The notes beneath the pieces were generated by a model, which saw only the letters and a program-made list of their open reading frames with translations, was not told the DNA's origin and did not search any database. A program made the position numbers and the translations under genes. DNA of 63,103 nt, filler included, from Thermoplasmatota archaeon (GTDB taxonomy: Archaea; Thermoplasmatota; E2; JACPAO01; JAHFTW01): the NCBI GenBank assembly GCA_041623215.1. It is 9 parts of 9 records of this genome, joined end to end, with 100 filler letters (N's around TTAATTAATTAA, not from the genome) between each part and the next. Parts side by side here need not be neighbours in the genome. Positions count along the whole stretch, not along the records: positions 35,589 to 42,429 come from JBFJXH010000093.1; positions 42,530 to 49,350 come from JBFJXH010000094.1; 7 more parts are not named here. One strand, given 5' to 3'. Below are positions 40,195 to 49,450 of the stretch, piece by piece (the first letter of the stretch is position 1; the number at the start of each line of letters is the position of its first letter).

Positions 40195-42429
40195 ATGCTC
40201 GTTGGACCCTTCGCAGCCACACTCCTCATCCTCGCTGCCGTGGCGTCGCTCGTCGTCGCCGCGCTCGCTGTTCGTCGTCCCATTCTGTTTCGCATGGCCG
40301 TGCGAAACGCCTCGCGGCGACCTCGGCAAACAGCCACGGTGATTGCGGGCCTCATGATTGGCACTGCCATCATCAGCTCCGCCATGGTGGCTGGAGACTC
40401 GGCGGGCAGCGCCATACGAGATGTCGTTTACCGCAGTCTTGGGCACGTGGACGAATCGATGGAAATGGATGGTTACACCTACTTCCCCGAATCCGTTTAC
40501 CAGGACCTCATCGCCGACTCTGACATTCGAACCGCGTTCGATGGCATCGCCCCCAACGTGATTTGGGAAGGCGCTGCAAGCCATCCCCAAACCGACCTCT
40601 TTGAGCCACGTGCCATGTTGGTGGGCCTGGACCCGCAAGCCGATGCCGCCTTTGGCGACTTTGAATTGGTGGATGGGACGTCGACCGATGCTACCTGGCT
40701 TCAACGCGGCGAAGCCATCATCACCAAACGCCTCGCCGACGCCTTGGACGCCAACGTCGGGGACGACATCGACATGACGTTCACGCCTCCGGTAGATCCG
40801 GTGAGCCCCGACGTGACGCCGCTTCTTGGCACTGTTCCTGCTGGGGCCGCGCCGCCGGGTGGGCTGCCGTTGCCGCCGTTGTGGCCCGCCCCGGTCGGCG
40901 GAAGCCCGGAACCACTCTTCGTCCATCACGACGTGGACGTCGGTGCCAATGCGACCCGCCTCACCGTGGTCGTGGTCTGGGACCCGCGCACGGGCGATGG
41001 CACGCCGCCGACGCAACAACTACAGGTCCACGTAACGGCGCCCGATGGCACCACGGTTAGCAGTGAATCTCCTGCACCGGGGACGCTCAACCTACCGATT
41101 TGGCTCAACGTCACCGGTGATCCAGTCCTGGCCGAAGGAACCTGGGACATCGCGGTTGGTGGCACCCTGGCGGCGGACGTTGACTACGGCGGTGCCGCGG
41201 TCGTGTTGACGCCGGTGTATGATCTGGCCTCCCTCGTCGAGCGAAGCAATGATGGCCCGACCGGGCCAGGGGGGCCCTTCGAAGAGTTTGATTTTGAGTC
41301 CCTGCGCTTCACGGAGCCGGTGAGCACCACCGTGCGCGTGGCGGGAATCACCGATGGAGGTCGCGGCGATCAGTTTGACCTTCGGCGCGCCGCCTTTGTT
41401 GAATGGCGCTTCGCGCAAGAAATTCTTGGCGTGGACGGTCGAATCAACATCATCAAGTTCAGCAATCCGGGCGACATGGTCGAGGGCGTCCACACCAGTG
41501 CCCAGCAGGCAAACCTGCTGGAATCAGCGCTGCAAGACCTCCAGGTCACCGCGACCGAACCGTCCATCGCCCACATCCAAGTCAAGACGCTGAAGTCAGA
41601 GTTCTTGGCCGTGGCCGACCAGGCCGGGCAACTCATGACCAGTCTGTTGCTGTTTGCCGGCGGCCTCTCCATCATGAGCGGGTTGCTTCTCATCATTAAC
41701 ATCTTCACGATGCTGGCCGAAGAGCGAAGAAGCGACTTGGGGATGGCCCGGGCCGTCGGCCTGCAACGTAGCGACGTTGTCCGTTTGTTCCTCTTTGAGG
41801 GAAGTCTCTATGCGGTCGCTGCCGCCGCCATTGGGGCCATTCTGGGGCTCGGTCTGGCGGCACTGATGGTGTGGGGCCTCAATCGTTTCCTCGCCGACCA
41901 AGCAAGCGCCGAAGGCTTCCCGCCGATTGCCTTCGTGGCGGAACCGGCCGCCATTCTCACGGCGTTTGCAGCTGGGGCCTTGTTGACCTTTGCAACAATC
42001 TTTGTGGCCAGCCGCAGGCAAGCACGACTCAACATCGTCCGGGCCATCCGCCGCATCGACGAACCCGAACGAAGCGGCTCCCTGTGGGCGATGATTGTGG
42101 GCATTCCGCTCACCGGACTCGGCCTTCTCACGGGTGTGCTAGGCTGGGCGTTCGGGCAATTCAGCCTGCAAGTCTTCGGCCCGCTGGCGGCCGTAATTGG
42201 CCTGGGACTATCCTTGCAAAGGCGCTTCGCTAGACGGCGACTGGTGCCGACCTTGGCTGGCGCCCTCGCGGTGTACTACGCTGCCACCTACTTCCTCATA
42301 ACGGAATACAAAAACATCGAGGAGGCCAACATTGTTGGGCCAGTCCGAGGCGTCCTCATGACCCTCTGCCTGGTGGTCCTTGTCGTGCATTGGGAAAGAG
42401 CCACACGGGCCGTTGGCCGAGCTCTGATG
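40195..42429 (+). CDS. FtsX-like ABC permease (3' truncated)
   Basis: RN..RRPRQT, large extracellular loop, AEERRSDLGMARAVG...V..LF..EG. Confidence 0.85.
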
Positions 42430-42529
42430 NNNNNNNNNNNNNNNNNNNNNNNNNNNNNNNNNNNNNNNNNNNNTTAATTAATTAANNNNNNNNNNNNNNN
42501 NNNNNNNNNNNNNNNNNNNNNNNNNNNNN
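42430..42529. other. Artificial contig spacer
   Basis: N44-TTAATTAATTAA-N44. Confidence 0.98.
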
Positions 42530-42793
42530 AAACAAGCCAACAACGGCCAAAACGGGAAGACCAATCCCCAGCAAAGCAACCGTAGCCACAATAGCCACGT
42601 TTGACGGGTCGAAATCCGAATAATCCCAGAGATTGAAAATTGACCAGTACAGGCCGTTCGCTACTGCGTACAAGCCAAGCAGCTTGCCTGCTTCGGTCCT
42701 CGGCTTGAGCGTCCATAACCACAAACCGAAGGCCAGCAACAGTGTGGCGGTACCCGCGTTGAACCAGGCGTCCCAATCAGAATAGAGCGCCAT
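42530..42793 (-). CDS. Membrane protein (3' truncated)
   Basis: Three hydrophobic helices; open to contig edge. Confidence 0.55.
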
Positions 42794-42985
42794 GGGCCCC
42801 CCTGGTGTCAGCCATCCAGCTGAGGTTCATGTTCGGGTTACACAAGCGTCGCAGGCCCTTGAAGCATTCGACAGCATGGGATTCTTTGAACGGCCAGCCA
42901 ATCCCGGCGCGTGGAGCAGCCACCCGCTTTGGAATCACCAGCGCCAAACATGGCCGCGTGGGCTTCCACTCCGGCTCGCGACGCC

Positions 42986-44368
42986 ATGCGTGTCGCCACA
43001 GACCTCGCAGCCACGCCGCATGACAAGGGGGCCATTAAGGCAAGCTTGCAAGAAGGCCGCAACCGCACCTTGGCCTTGGCGGGTGGCCTTAGCGATGAGC
43101 ACTTGCTCCGCCGAGCGCTGGACATCCTGTCTCCGCCAGTCTGGGACTTGGGTCACATGGCAAACTTCGAGGACTTGTGGCTGGTCCAGCGGTGGGGGCA
43201 TGATGAGACGCTGCCGGGCTGCAACAATCGGTACAACGCGATTCTCAACCCGCGGGCGATGCGGCCAAGCTTGGACTTGCCCGACCGGGCTGGCTGCCAG
43301 GATTATTTTTCGATGGTTCGTCGGCGTGCGCTGGCAATTTTGGCCGAGGATGACACAGATACTGGGGCCGACGCGTCTGACCCGCTCACTCGCGCGGGCT
43401 TCGTCTATTGGATGCTGGTCCTACATGAGCACCAGCACCAGGAAACCTTGCTCCAGACCATTCAGTTGCGTGCCGGCGACTACGACGTTCCGTTTCGGTA
43501 CCCGTCGCCGGCGGCGAGCCAAGTGGCTTCACCAAACAGAACTCCCGTATCCCTCAGCCCAGGCGCCGCCGACGGCCCGCCAACGACGACGCCGCGCAAC
43601 AACTGGATTCGCGTGGCGGCAGGGGCCTACCCAATGGGCCGGGCGCAAACGGCGGGGGTGTATGACAATGAAGCGCCGGCGCACACGGCCCGTGTGCAAG
43701 CTTTCGAGCTTGCCGCCTACCCGGTCACCAATGGAAGCTACCTAGACTTCATGGAGGCCGGCGGATACCACGACGAGGCCTGGTGGTCGACGCGGGGTCG
43801 CCATTGGCTTGCTCACACGAAACACCATGCACCGCTGCATTGGCGCGACGCGGGCGGAACGTGGCGCCGCCGGGGTGTCCTTGACGACGTGCCTGTGCAA
43901 ACCGTGGCCCACGAGATCCTGTGCCACGTAAACTACTGGGAGGCAGAGGCGTACGCGGCTTGGGCGGCCGCGTCGTTGCCGGGCCACCGAGGTGTCTCTT
44001 TGCCAACCGAAACCCAATGGGAAGTGGCGGCCAGCAACCACGAGCCCGCTACGCCCAGTACGGCCCGCGTGGACCACTACCACTGGGGTCCAGGGTCCAT
44101 TCACGACGACGTCACCAATCACCACGGACTGCGGCACATGCTTGGCGGCGTGTGGGAGTGGACGAAAAGCGGATTCGAGCGCTACCCCGGTACACAATGG
44201 TTCCCCTACCCGGACTACTCGGAGCGCTTTTACGGCGGCGACTTCCGGGTCCTGCGGGGGGGTTCATGGGCCACCCGTGCCACGATAGCCACGCCGTGGT
44301 TTCGTAATTGGGACCTGCCGCAGCGGAAGCAAATATTCAGCGGTATTCGGTTGGCGAGGCAACCCTGA
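42986..44368 (+). CDS. egtB: Ergothioneine sulfoxide synthase EgtB (type I-like)
   Basis: DinB domain WDLGH and HEHQHQET iron ligands, RAMR (RxxR), FGE-like domain, RNWDLPQRKQIFSG. Start uncertain (42911/42950/42986). Confidence 0.88.
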   Translation: MRVATDLAATPHDKGAIKASLQEGRNRTLALAGGLSDEHLLRRALDILSPPVWDLGHMANFEDLWLVQRWGHDETLPGCNNRYNAILNPRAMRPSLDLPDRAGCQDYFSMVRRRALAILAEDDTDTGADASDPLTRAGFVYWMLVLHEHQHQETLLQTIQLRAGDYDVPFRYPSPAASQVASPNRTPVSLSPGAADGPPTTTPRNNWIRVAAGAYPMGRAQTAGVYDNEAPAHTARVQAFELAAYPVTNGSYLDFMEAGGYHDEAWWSTRGRHWLAHTKHHAPLHWRDAGGTWRRRGVLDDVPVQTVAHEILCHVNYWEAEAYAAWAAASLPGHRGVSLPTETQWEVAASNHEPATPSTARVDHYHWGPGSIHDDVTNHHGLRHMLGGVWEWTKSGFERYPGTQWFPYPDYSERFYGGDFRVLRGGSWATRATIATPWFRNWDLPQRKQIFSGIRLARQP

Positions 44369-44997
44369 TGGGAGCACTGCTTGCCCATGCGGCCATGGGG
44401 GCCGTCTGGGGGCTGGTGGGCGTCGCCCTGGCCGGGCGAACCGAACGAGACTTGCCCCGTGCCGATGCAGCCCTAATCCTGCTGGTCTGTATCGGCGCCG
44501 CTCTACTAGGCGACCTCGACGCATGGTTCGGAGCCCACCGAGTAACCACGCACAACTTGTGGCTACTGGGTGTCGCCCCGGCGCTGCTTGCGACGCTTGC
44601 TCTTGGTTGGGATGCGCTTCGCGCGCATCCGCTACGGCACACCCTCCATGTGCTTCCGGCCGCTACCCTGTCGGAGCTTTGGCTCGATGTCTTTGGCCCT
44701 AGCCTCGCCGGTGCTGCGGCCCTACTGTGGCCCTTTGTTGGCACCAGCTTCGCGGCTAACAAGCAAATTCTTGGGACGCCAGATGTGCCCGTCTGGGACG
44801 CTTCCAGTGCCCTCGTGCTGGGTGCATTATGGAGCTTGGCTGTGGCGCTTGTGCACGCGCGGATGGCGGCCTCGTTGCAAGAGGCCCCCGGCGCGTCGTC
44901 GAGCCTACTGCTGGTGGCGGCCGGGGTTGGCCACGCACTGGTCGTGGTGCTGCCTTGGCTTGTACTGATTGCCGCGGGCGTCCTTGTGCCCGTCTAG
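44368..44997 (+). CDS. YdjM-like membrane-bound metal-dependent hydrolase
   Basis: GDLD....HRVTTHNL, SELWLD, LLWPF motifs; TGATG coupling to egtB. Confidence 0.6.
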   Translation: MGALLAHAAMGAVWGLVGVALAGRTERDLPRADAALILLVCIGAALLGDLDAWFGAHRVTTHNLWLLGVAPALLATLALGWDALRAHPLRHTLHVLPAATLSELWLDVFGPSLAGAAALLWPFVGTSFAANKQILGTPDVPVWDASSALVLGALWSLAVALVHARMAASLQEAPGASSSLLLVAAGVGHALVVVLPWLVLIAAGVLVPV

Positions 44998-45063
44998 GGC
45001 AACGGTCACGCGGGACTGAGCCAATGGAGCGACGCTGCAACATAGACTCCGGGGGCCAACCCT

Positions 45064-46062
45064 ATGAACGCCCGAGCGAGTCCCCCTGTTGTGTCTGCCC
45101 CGGAGGCCACTTTCACGAGCAGCGGCGTGCGTGCCGATGTCCAACGAGGCCTGCTCGACGAACCGCCGTGGCTTAGCAGCCTCTATTTCTACGACGAGCA
45201 CGGTAGTGGGTTGTTCGAACAAATCACGGAGACGCCAGAATACTATCCGACGCGAACTGAATTGTCTATTCTAGAGGAGCACGGAGATGCCATATTGCAA
45301 GCGGCGGACGCCGATGGCCAGCAGCTCTTGCTGGCCGAGCTTGGCAGCGGCAGTAGCGCGAAGACGCACGCACTGATTCGTCGGCTATTGCAGCGACAAG
45401 GCCCTACCACGTACGTCCCCGTGGACGTTTCAGGCGACTTTCTTGCGACCGTGGCCGCCAAACTTGAGGCGGAGCACCAGGGGCTCAGCGTCGAACCGCT
45501 GGCCGCCGAGTATGTGGAGGGACTGCGCCGAATCGGGCAGCTGCCCGCGGGACGCCGGCTGGTGCTATTCCTTGGCAGCAGCATCGGCAACTTTGAGCCG
45601 GATGAACAGGTTGGGCTGCTTCGCGCCGCCTTCGACTCCTTAGCGCCCGGAGACGCCCTGCTGCTTGGTACGGACCTCGTAAAAGATGCGGCTGTCCTGG
45701 AGGCCGCCTACAACGATGCGGCCGGCGTAACCACCCAATTCAACCGCAACATCATCACCCGTCTGAACAGGGAACTTGGTGGCAGCAACGACATAGCTGA
45801 TTGGTGCCACGTGGCTTTCTGGAATGCTCAGCAATCGCGCATCGAAATGCACCTCGAGGCAGTTCGGGAGACCACGCTGGACTTTCCGGACGCCGAGGTG
45901 CGGCGCACTTTCCAACAAGGGGAGCGTATTCACACGGAAAACTCGTACAAGTTCACGCTCGAAGGCGCGGCTACGATGGCGGAGGCGGCCGGCTGGAGCC
46001 TAGAGCAGTCCTGGCGAGATTCGCAAGAATGGTTTGCCTTGCATTTGCTGAGGCGTAGCTAA
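45064..46062 (+). CDS. egtD: L-histidine N-alpha-methyltransferase
   Basis: YFYDEHGS.LFEQIT..PEYYPTR, ELGSGS..KT, FLGSSIGNF, AYND..GVT, IHTENSYKF. Confidence 0.93.
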   Translation: MNARASPPVVSAPEATFTSSGVRADVQRGLLDEPPWLSSLYFYDEHGSGLFEQITETPEYYPTRTELSILEEHGDAILQAADADGQQLLLAELGSGSSAKTHALIRRLLQRQGPTTYVPVDVSGDFLATVAAKLEAEHQGLSVEPLAAEYVEGLRRIGQLPAGRRLVLFLGSSIGNFEPDEQVGLLRAAFDSLAPGDALLLGTDLVKDAAVLEAAYNDAAGVTTQFNRNIITRLNRELGGSNDIADWCHVAFWNAQQSRIEMHLEAVRETTLDFPDAEVRRTFQQGERIHTENSYKFTLEGAATMAEAAGWSLEQSWRDSQEWFALHLLRRS

Positions 46063-46111
46063 TGTGGACTTGGCGGGTTGCGCGCATACGCGGGCCTAGT
46101 GAGGCACGCTG

Positions 46112-46915
46112 ATGTGTCGCCATGCTGGCTACGTGGGGCCCGGCATTGCCATCAGTGAGTTGACGCACGATTTGCCACACAGCCTTGAGCGCCAATCATA
46201 CGCCGCACGCGAACTACTGACGGGAACGGTCTGCGCGGACGGCTTCGGCGTGGCGTGGTTCGTGGACGGGCATCGGGTGCCAGCGCGCTACGCGAATGTA
46301 GCTCCAATCTGGTCGGACCGGAACCTGCCGTCTTTCGGACCACTGACGAGGTCTGCGAACGCGATTGCCTGGATTCGCAATGCCACAGTGGCAGGGGGAA
46401 ACAGCGATGCCAATACCCAGCCCTTTGTGGATGAAGGCACCGGCATTGCCTTCACCCATAACGGATTTCTGGATGACTTTGCGGCTACTTGGCGCGCCTG
46501 GTTCACGACCGAAATGATTCCCCCATCCAGACATGCACACCTGCGCGGTGATACGGATTCAGAGCACATCTTTCACGCCTTGCTACACCGGGTTGAAGAG
46601 GAGCCAGAAGGCCCGGCCGCGCTCGCCACCGCTGTGCAAGGATTGCTGCGGGACATTCGCGTCCGGGCGCGCGACAACGGCACCATCGCCCAACTCAACC
46701 TGTTGGTGACGGACGGCACCCGCCTCGTGGCCAGTCGGTGCGGCCAGGATGAGCGCCAAAACAGCTTGTACCTGCTCGTGGATGGCGACGAGTTTCCTGA
46801 TGGCGCCGTGGTTGCCAGTGAACCGCTCTATGACGACCCTCTCTGGGTGCCGGTCGAGACAGATTCGGTGGTGGTGCTCCAAGCGGGTGCGCCTCCGGTG
46901 CGACTAACAATCTAG
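46112..46915 (+). CDS. egtC: Class II glutamine amidotransferase-fold amidohydrolase EgtC
   Basis: N-terminal MCRH nucleophile, ADGFGVAW, HNG, GDTDSE, VASEP; follows egtD. Confidence 0.85.
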   Translation: MCRHAGYVGPGIAISELTHDLPHSLERQSYAARELLTGTVCADGFGVAWFVDGHRVPARYANVAPIWSDRNLPSFGPLTRSANAIAWIRNATVAGGNSDANTQPFVDEGTGIAFTHNGFLDDFAATWRAWFTTEMIPPSRHAHLRGDTDSEHIFHALLHRVEEEPEGPAALATAVQGLLRDIRVRARDNGTIAQLNLLVTDGTRLVASRCGQDERQNSLYLLVDGDEFPDGAVVASEPLYDDPLWVPVETDSVVVLQAGAPPVRLTI

Positions 46916-47553
46916 GATGCACGGTCGCTTGGCGGCGCCCGCGCTGCAAGGTCTGCTAACGCTGCGCTGAGCGACGAGTCGGAACCTCGCAGCGCTACCA
47001 CCAGGTGGTAAAGGAGGTCGGCAGCTTCGTGCTCCAGAGAGTCCTCATTGGCGTGCCCGCGAAGGACCGTAGCCACTTCGTTGGCCTCTTCGACGACCTT
47101 GTCCGCGACCAACGACGGATTGGCCAGTAACTTGTCTGTCCAACCGGATTCCGGGCTAACCAAGCGCGTGGCGGCAAGACGGTCAAGCTGTCCCAGCCAT
47201 GTCGCGGTCGGGCTCTCGCGCGTCGCCTCCCAGCAGGTGGATGTTTCTTCGTGGCAGGCAGGCCCTTGCTGCCGGACCAGGGCCAGCACGGCATCGCGGT
47301 CACAGTCAGCCATCAGGCGCTTAACTTGCTGCGTGTGGCCGGATGTTTCGCCCTTCGTCCATAGGCGCTGGCGGCTGCGCGACCAATACGTCATCTTGCC
47401 GGAGGCGAGGGACGCCTCCAGTGCGTCGCGGTTGGCCCATGCCAGCATGAGCACTGCACCAGAGACCTCGTCCTGGGCAATTACCGGAACGAGCCCCCGT
47501 TCGTCGAAGCGAAGCGCCTCTAGGTCGGCCGCTTGCTTGAGGACGTGCTTCAT
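46912..47553 (-). CDS. hisIE: Bifunctional phosphoribosyl-AMP cyclohydrolase / phosphoribosyl-ATP pyrophosphatase
   Basis: [37 protein letters not shown]. Confidence 0.9.
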   Translation of the reverse strand: MKHVLKQAADLEALRFDERGLVPVIAQDEVSGAVLMLAWANRDALEASLASGKMTYWSRSRQRLWTKGETSGHTQQVKRLMADCDRDAVLALVRQQGPACHEETSTCWEATRESPTATWLGQLDRLAATRLVSPESGWTDKLLANPSLVADKVVEEANEVATVLRGHANEDSLEHEAADLLYHLVVALRGSDSSLSAALADLAARAPPSDRAS

Positions 47554-48320
47554 GATGCACCCGCCGGTCGGACGATGATGCCGGCTTGGGCCAGTTGCGA
47601 CTTGACTTCGCCTACCGTGACGGTTTGGTCGTGGAAGATACTGGCTGCGAGCGCGGCATCGGCGCCCACTTGGAAGGCTTGGACCATGTGGCTGGAATCG
47701 GCCGCCCCGCCGCTTGCAATGACGGGGATGTTCACGGCTTGGCACACGGCCTGTGTTAGAGCCACATCGTAGCCTTGGAGGGTGCCATCCCCATCCATGG
47801 ATGTCAGGAGGATTTCGCCAGCTCCTGCAGCGGCTGCCTGCTGGGCCCACGTAATGGCGTCGATTCCCGTGTCGCGGCGTCCGCCATGCGTGAAAACGTG
47901 CCATTGCCCCGGCGCCGTTTGCTTGGCATCGATGGCCACCACGACGCATTGGCGGCCGAAGCGGCGAGCGCATTGGCCAATGAGGTCTGGTTGCTCCAGG
48001 GCGGCCGTGTTCACGGCGACCTTGTCGGCACCCGCATTCAGAGCCGCTCGCATGTCGTCGGGTCCCCGAATCCCGCCTCCTACCGTGAGTGGAATAGAAA
48101 GCGTCTCGGCCGTGCGCTGAACAACATCCATCATGGTGGCGCGGTTGTCACTACTCGCCGTGATGTCCAAGAACACCACCTCGTCGGCGCCCTCGTTCTG
48201 GTAACGCACCGCCAATTCAACTGGGTCGCCACAGTCTCGGAGGTCAACAAATTGGACGCCCTTTACGACGCGGCCGGCGTCCACGTCGAGGCAAGGAATG
48301 ATGCGCTTCGCCAGCGTCAC
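47550..48320 (-). CDS. hisF: Imidazole glycerol phosphate synthase cyclase subunit
   Basis: [34 protein letters not shown]. Confidence 0.96.
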   Translation of the reverse strand: MTLAKRIIPCLDVDAGRVVKGVQFVDLRDCGDPVELAVRYQNEGADEVVFLDITASSDNRATMMDVVQRTAETLSIPLTVGGGIRGPDDMRAALNAGADKVAVNTAALEQPDLIGQCARRFGRQCVVVAIDAKQTAPGQWHVFTHGGRRDTGIDAITWAQQAAAAGAGEILLTSMDGDGTLQGYDVALTQAVCQAVNIPVIASGGAADSSHMVQAFQVGADAALAASIFHDQTVTVGEVKSQLAQAGIIVRPAGAS

Positions 48321-48898
48321 GAGGAGTGCACCTGGCCTTTGGTGCTGACTTCCGTGGCTCGCGGCGCAAGCGCCAGGCGAAGGGCGCGTCCAAACGCCTT
48401 GAAGGCGGCCTCCGTGGTGTGGTGCGTGTCCCGGCCGCGCAGGTGTTCAAGGTGGAGGTTGATGCGTGCTTCCATGGCAAAGGACCGGAACCAGTGGTCC
48501 CACATGGCCACCGGCAGGGGGCCTTCGTAGTAGGGTCGGTCCACGAGGTCAAGGGCGCAAAGAACCAGCGCATCGTCCATGGGGACGAAGTCGTACGCGA
48601 TGCGAGCGCAGGGGGCGCCCCCGTGGGCCTGGCGAAATGCCTGCCCCATCGTGATGGCGACGTCCTCAATCAAATGGTGCTCAAGGTCCCCCGTGGCGCG
48701 GGCCCGCAGGTCGAAGCCAGCGTAGCGGGTCCAAGTTTCCAACATGTGCGTCAGAAACGGATTGTCCGTGACTACGTCGTAGGACCCGCTGCCGTTGAGG
48801 GTGAGCTCCACTTCGACTTTGGTTTCCTTGGTTTCGCGCACCAGCTGAGCCGAGGCGTTGGCGGGGTGGGCTGCGCCGGCTAGGTTGCCTTTCGTCAT
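48317..48898 (-). CDS. hisB: Imidazoleglycerol-phosphate dehydratase
   Basis: [30 protein letters not shown]. Confidence 0.93.
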   Translation of the reverse strand: MTKGNLAGAAHPANASAQLVRETKETKVEVELTLNGSGSYDVVTDNPFLTHMLETWTRYAGFDLRARATGDLEHHLIEDVAITMGQAFRQAHGGAPCARIAYDFVPMDDALVLCALDLVDRPYYEGPLPVAMWDHWFRSFAMEARINLHLEHLRGRDTHHTTEAAFKAFGRALRLALAPRATEVSTKGQVHSS

Positions 48899-49350
48899 GC
48901 GCCCACCTGGGTTGCTGGTTGGCGTGAGGCTGGCGTGGTTTCGTGGTCCTGCACTGCCCGAGCTAAGTCAATGGCGCCCGTGTAAATGCTCATGCCAAGA
49001 ACCGCGCCGTCGCACCCGATGGTGGCAATGGCCGCCAAGTCTTCGTGGCTGCTGATGCCGCCGCTGACGATGAGGGGAGTTTGTTCAATTGCGTCGCGCA
49101 GGTCCCGAAGGACGCCAAGGTCTACGCCCTCGAGCCTTCCTTCCTTGTCCACATTGGTGTAAAGGAAGCCGGCCAAGCCGGCATCGTCCATTTGCTTGGC
49201 AAACGTCACAACATCTAGGTCAGCCGACTCGGTCCAGCCCTTGACGACGACGTCTCGGCCACGCGCGTCAATGGCGAGGACGATTTTCCCGGGGTAGATG
49301 GCCGCAACTTCTCGCAGCCACCGAGGATTGCGCACTCCTTGCGTTCCGAC
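48895..49350 (-). CDS. hisA: ProFAR isomerase (5' truncated)
   Basis: AIDAR....VKGW, YTNVDKEG.L.G, SGGIS, G.SIY.G; position within the his cluster. Confidence 0.88.
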   Translation of the reverse strand, partial: VGTQGVRNPRWLREVAAIYPGKIVLAIDARGRDVVVKGWTESADLDVVTFAKQMDDAGLAGFLYTNVDKEGRLEGVDLGVLRDLRDAIEQTPLIVSGGISSHEDLAAIATIGCDGAVLGMSIYTGAIDLARAVQDHETTPASRQPATQVGA

Positions 49351-49450
49351 NNNNNNNNNNNNNNNNNNNNNNNNNNNNNNNNNNNNNNNNNNNNTTAATT
49401 AATTAANNNNNNNNNNNNNNNNNNNNNNNNNNNNNNNNNNNNNNNNNNNN
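49351..49450. other. Artificial contig spacer
   Basis: N44-TTAATTAATTAA-N44. Confidence 0.98.

Noticed and set aside
42986..46915. Selenoneine (senABC) or ovothiol cluster
   Set aside because: No SenB glycosyltransferase or SelD homologue, and no C-terminal methyltransferase on the sulfoxide synthase; egtD and egtC fit ergothioneine.
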